From: an uncultured SAR116 cluster alpha proteobacterium
Lineage (GTDB): Bacteria > Pseudomonadota > Alphaproteobacteria > Puniceispirillales > Marisalimonadaceae
Assembly (NCBI GenBank): GCA_902619805.1
Contig: CACNGC010000002.1
Location: forward strand, 19,538-83,537
Length of the DNA stretch: 64,000 nucleotides
Direction: 5' to 3'
In this document: piece after piece, positions 60,632-64,000 of the stretch
How positions within the stretch are numbered: position 1 is the first letter of the stretch
Layout of the letters: each line of letters begins with the position of its first letter
Translations under genes and position numbers: made by a program
Notes under the pieces: generated by a model
The model's input: only the letters and a program-made list of their open reading frames with translations
What the model was told of the DNA's origin: nothing
Databases searched by the model: none

Positions 60632-61924
60632 TCAATTACGAATAGTACCTACCAACCCATCAGGGTTAATATCTAAAATTTTTGTAGAAACAATTGTGCA
60701 CGCTTCAACATTTTCTTTTAATTTTATTTTTGAAAAATTTGTAGCATGACCAACTGAATTATTTTCTACTAAAACTTTTTGAGTGGTTCCAACTTGACTA
60801 ACTAAAAAATTATTATGTTGTGTTTCAGCTAAATCTCTTAGTTCTTTAGCTCTTTTTTGAATAAATTTTTTTTGTACTTGTGGCATATTTGATGCTGGAG
60901 TATTTTTTCTGTTAGAGTATGGAAAGACATGAATGTATGTAATGTTAGCTTCTTTTATTAATTGTATACTTTTTTGGTGAGCTTTTTCATCTTCAGTAGG
61001 AAAACCAGCTATGAAGTCACCTCCGAACACAATATCATTTCTTCGTCTTTTTGCTTCTTCTACAAAATTAATTACGTCCCTATAAAGATGTCTTCTTTTC
61101 ATTCTTTTCAAAATAATATCATCACCATGTTGAATAGATAAATGAATATGAGGCATTAATCTTTCTTCATACTCGAATGCATCCATCAAGTCAAAATCAA
61201 CTTCAGCTGGATCAATGGATGACAATCTTAGTCTATGCAAATTTGGGATGTTTTTTAAAATTTTTTTTACCAACAGTCCTAAACTTGGTTTCCCAAAAAT
61301 ATCAACACCCCAAGATGTTAAATCCACGCCAGTAAGAACAATTTCTTTAACACCATTTTTTAATAAAGAATTAATAGAGTTAATCACATTTTGAGTTGAT
61401 ACTGACCTGCTAGGGCCTCTTCCAAATGGAATAATACAAAATGTACATCTATGGTCACATCCATTTTGAACTTGAACGAAACCGCGTGTGTGTTTGTTAA
61501 AAGATTCAATAAGATGCTCAGATGTGCTTTTAACTTCCATAATATCTTGAACAAATACATTTTGATTATGAAGTATGTTATGTTCTGGTACAAATTTCTT
61601 CCAAAAATTTTCATCAAGCTTTTCTTTGTTACCTATAACAAAGTCCACTTCCGGCATGATATTCCATCTTTGAGGATCTATTTGAGCAGCACAACCTGTA
61701 ACCATAATTTTAGCATCTGGTCTATTTTTTTTAGACGATCTTATTGCCTGTCTTGCTTGACGTTCAGCCTCACTGGTTACAGCACAAGTGTTGAAAATTA
61801 TTAAATCGCTTTGACCATTCTTACTAGCAAGGTCGCTAATAACCTGACTTTCCCAGATATTTAGCCTACATCCGAAAGTCTTAATGTCAGGTAATGAGTT
61901 TTTATTTTTTGAAGTGATGTTCAT
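60632..61924 (-). CDS. mtaB: Radical-SAM methylthiotransferase, MtaB-like (MiaB family)
   Basis: 430 aa. N-terminal TFGCRLNIWES (UPF0004 domain), radical-SAM CDHRCTFCIIP and a C-terminal TRAM-like region. Its ATG abuts the dapF stop (TAAATG). Confidence 0.85.
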   Translation of the reverse strand: MNITSKNKNSLPDIKTFGCRLNIWESQVISDLASKNGQSDLIIFNTCAVTSEAERQARQAIRSSKKNRPDAKIMVTGCAAQIDPQRWNIMPEVDFVIGNKEKLDENFWKKFVPEHNILHNQNVFVQDIMEVKSTSEHLIESFNKHTRGFVQVQNGCDHRCTFCIIPFGRGPSRSVSTQNVINSINSLLKNGVKEIVLTGVDLTSWGVDIFGKPSLGLLVKKILKNIPNLHRLRLSSIDPAEVDFDLMDAFEYEERLMPHIHLSIQHGDDIILKRMKRRHLYRDVINFVEEAKRRRNDIVFGGDFIAGFPTEDEKAHQKSIQLIKEANITYIHVFPYSNRKNTPASNMPQVQKKFIQKRAKELRDLAETQHNNFLVSQVGTTQKVLVENNSVGHATNFSKIKLKENVEACTIVSTKILDINPDGLVGTIRN

Positions 61925-62737
61925 TTATTCACCTATAAAACCTTCAAATACTCTTTCAGTATCGCCAGAAAGTGTTACAGACCCGTTGTCAAGCCATTTG
62001 ATAAACAAATCTCCACCGTCTAAAGCAACTTTATTTTCTTTATCACTTTTGTTTAATGAAGAAGCTGCAACTAAAGTTGCACACGCTCCAGATCCACATG
62101 CTGAAGTCATGCCCACTCCTCTCTCCCAAACTCTCATTCTTAGAGATTTATCTTCTAAAACAGATACAAATTCAATGTTTGCAAATTCTGGAAAAATGGA
62201 ATGCTTTTCTAAGCGAGGACCAATAGAGTTTATATTCAGATTCTCAAGCTCTTCTAAATTATTTATAAAAATAACTGCGTGTGGATTTCCCATAGATAGA
62301 CAAAAAGCTTCAAACTCGTCTAATTTAACTCTTTGCGTATCTTGCTTCTTTGATAATGGTATTTCATTCCAGCTAAATTTGGGCACACCCATATTTACGG
62401 TAACTAAATTGTTAGTTTTAGAACAATACAAGTCATTACTAACACTTTTAATAGTTAAAGAATTTAGGTCATTCTTTTTCATTAAATAGTCAGCCACACA
62501 TCTTGTACCATTTCCACAAGCACCAGTTTCCGAGCCATCAGAATTGTACATTTTAATTTGAAAATTTTCAGGAGTAATTGTCCTTTGAATTATCAAAACT
62601 TGATCACATCCAATTCCTATGCGTCTATTACTTATTTTATTAATAAATTTTGAGTCATGAATGATTGGATTCTTTATATTATCAAAAATAATAAAATCAT
62701 TTCCTAGACCATGCATTTTTACAAATGGAATTTTCAA
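61925..62737 (-). CDS. dapF: Diaminopimelate epimerase
   Basis: 270 aa. Motifs: FVKMHGLGNDF, NSDGSETGACGNGTRC and SACGSGACA (two catalytic Cys). Confidence 0.95.
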   Translation of the reverse strand: MKIPFVKMHGLGNDFIIFDNIKNPIIHDSKFINKISNRRIGIGCDQVLIIQRTITPENFQIKMYNSDGSETGACGNGTRCVADYLMKKNDLNSLTIKSVSNDLYCSKTNNLVTVNMGVPKFSWNEIPLSKKQDTQRVKLDEFEAFCLSMGNPHAVIFINNLEELENLNINSIGPRLEKHSIFPEFANIEFVSVLEDKSLRMRVWERGVGMTSACGSGACATLVAASSLNKSDKENKVALDGGDLFIKWLDNGSVTLSGDTERVFEGFIGE

Positions 62738-62760
62738 AATCTTAGCCTTTAATTTTATTC

Positions 62761-63546
62761 TTAAATATCAATATCAACTATAATCGGTACATGGTCAGAT
62801 GGTTTTTCCCATGACCTGCTATCCTTATAAATAACACCTGATTTTACTAATGAAAATAAATTTTTTGATATCCAAAAGTGATCAAGTCTTCTACCTCTAT
62901 TTGAAATCTCCCAATTTCTATTTCGATATGACCACCAAGAATAAAGTTTTTCATTATGTGGAACAAATTCCCTCATTATGTCTATCCAATTACCAGTCTG
63001 AATCATATCTAATAAGGTTTCTGTTTCTATTGGTGTATGTGATACCACGTTAAGTAATTGTTTATGTGACCAGACATCATGTTCTAGTGGAGCGATATTC
63101 AAATCACCTACTAAAATTTTATTTGTTTTTATCTCTGATGAAAAATAACTTTTCATTTCATTAATGAAAGAAATTTTATGCTCGAACTTTGGATTAATTA
63201 AGATATCAGGCTCATCTCCACCAGCAGGTACATAAAAATTATGAAGTTCGATATAATTCTTTAATTTTACATAAAGGTGACGAGTATCATCTTTATTACA
63301 CCATTTTACATATCCAGAGTCTATAAATTCAAATTTTGAAATTATAGCCACTCCATTATAAGATTTTTCTCCTCTAAAATATTGATGAGGGTACCCAATT
63401 TTTTCAAGCTCTTCACTTGGAAAAAATTCATTTGGTGTTTTGGTCTCCTGTAAACACAAAATATCAATGTTTTGATTTTTCAAAAAATTTAGAACTTGAT
63501 TAATTCTTAACCTTATTGAATTTATATTCCAAGTTGCTATTCTCAC
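62761..63546 (-). CDS. xthA: Exodeoxyribonuclease III (AP endonuclease)
   Basis: 261 aa. Motifs: MRIATWNINS, LCLQETK, GDLNIAP and PSDHVPI. Confidence 0.95.
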   Translation of the reverse strand: MRIATWNINSIRLRINQVLNFLKNQNIDILCLQETKTPNEFFPSEELEKIGYPHQYFRGEKSYNGVAIISKFEFIDSGYVKWCNKDDTRHLYVKLKNYIELHNFYVPAGGDEPDILINPKFEHKISFINEMKSYFSSEIKTNKILVGDLNIAPLEHDVWSHKQLLNVVSHTPIETETLLDMIQTGNWIDIMREFVPHNEKLYSWWSYRNRNWEISNRGRRLDHFWISKNLFSLVKSGVIYKDSRSWEKPSDHVPIIVDIDI

Positions 63547-63702
63547 AAAAACACCTCTGATTTTTTTGTGTTTAATTCAAATTATTTTATTATTAAGTCA
63601 ATTTTAGAAATTACAGTAAGTTTTATATAACGATAAATTTATTTTGAAAATAAATTCCTTCTTTATAATAGCATTAAATTGATAAAATAGATAAAAAATT
63701 TA

Positions 63703-64000
63703 TTAATAAGTTGGATCAGGAAAATCTATTGGAAAAAATAGTAAATGAGAAAGTTTATTATTATATTTTGCATTTTGAATTAATACAGTTGTGTTTTCTC
63801 CCAAAGAGTCTTGAATTACCCATTTTTTTAAGCTGAATGGATTTTCTGAAAATTCTAAAACCAAACTTTCTTGATTATCTTTATTTTGGCTTTTTAATTT
63901 TAACGAAATTATACCTGCTTCAATATTATATTCTGTTTTAATATTTTGATTATTTAAAAATGATGTGTTTTCTAATAAAAGGGCAAAAGGAGAATTTTTT
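63703..64000 (-). CDS. 3' end of a gene running off the window; possibly the LolA-like outer-membrane lipoprotein carrier
   Basis: It is not in the ORF track. I translated the minus strand from 63999 by hand: ...KNSPFALLLENTSFLNNQNIKTEYNIEAGIISLKLKSQNKDNQESLVLEFSENPFSLKKWVIQDSLGENTTVLIQNAKYNNKLSHLLFFPIDFPDPTY, with the stop codon at 63703-63705. The frame is open for all 99 codons. The beta-rich character, the F-x-F-x-P-like C-terminus and the frequent lolA-xthA adjacency in alphaproteobacteria suggest LolA, but this is weak. Confidence 0.4.
   Translation of the reverse strand, partial: KNSPFALLLENTSFLNNQNIKTEYNIEAGIISLKLKSQNKDNQESLVLEFSENPFSLKKWVIQDSLGENTTVLIQNAKYNNKLSHLLFFPIDFPDPTY

Noticed and set aside
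61884-62489. A 201-aa plus-strand ORF, and similar long antisense or alternative-frame ORFs elsewhere (e.g. 29038-29682, 25543-26061, 25108-25482, 58136-58582, 53265-53666, 35543-35944, 22593-22946, 31291-31632, 24064-24402, 3887-4159, 61451-61804).
   Set aside because: Each lies wholly or largely within a well-supported conserved gene on the other strand or in another frame. Each has a low-complexity translation without recognisable motifs.
63636-63656. A perfect 21-nt palindrome AATTTATTTT-G-AAAATAAATT between the lolA-like gene and xthA (possible operator or terminator).
   Set aside because: The stem is A/T only and thermodynamically weak. By a rough estimate, about one such palindrome is expected by chance in 64 kb of DNA with about 70% A+T.

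Overview
This is a strongly AT-rich (by eye about 70% A+T, not computed), very gene-dense bacterial chromosome segment with about 60 protein-coding genes. I recognised no rRNA, tRNA, CRISPR array, transposase, integrase or prophage gene. Gene content and synteny are alphaproteobacterial. The short or overlapping gene junctions and small protein sizes fit a streamlined marine SAR11/Pelagibacterales-like genome; that assignment is inference, since no search was possible.

Layout:
- 1-4.5 kb: surface-polysaccharide genes (5'-partial CapD/WbpM-type dehydratase, manC, UDP-glucuronate-4-epimerase-like).
- 4.6-14.6 kb: a peptidoglycan (anhydromuropeptide) recycling neighbourhood. It holds an AmpD-like amidase, a leaderless SH3b-NlpC/P60 peptidase, murQ, anmK, a PIG-L deacetylase, a GH84-family beta-N-acetylglucosaminidase, a leaderless YkuD-fold protein and ampG. 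It is interrupted by mmsB and a membrane pyrophosphatase.
- 14.8-18 kb: O-antigen-ligase and glycosyltransferase genes.
- 18-37 kb: mixed metabolism and transport (TcuA-like flavoprotein, 2-hydroxyacid dehydrogenase, GGT, AlaC-like aminotransferase, amidase, a GldA/F/G-like ABC-2 system plus DUF4340, ACAD, htpG and others).
- 37-64 kb: an uninterrupted minus-strand run. In transcription order it is lolA-like (3' end only), xthA, dapF, mtaB, ftsY, ffh, rpsP, rimM, trmD, rplS, leuCDB, asd, an EamA transporter, sdhCDAB, zapE, mdh, sucCDAB, lpd.

I see no clear-cut new defence or mobile system. The best candidates for undescribed biology are:
- a GH84 plus PIG-L pair sitting where NagZ/NagA would be expected in the murein-recycling locus;
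- a SucB (E2o) whose E3-binding domain lies N-terminal to the lipoyl domain, a permuted order;
- a leaderless YkuD protein divergent from ampG (ElsL-like candidate cytoplasmic L,D-carboxypeptidase);
- a perfect 45-bp tandem duplication in a GC-rich C-terminal extension of ribosomal protein S16;
- a GC-rich hairpin in the ftsY-ffh spacer.

All functional calls rest on motifs I recognised by eye in the supplied translations. None is verified by database search.
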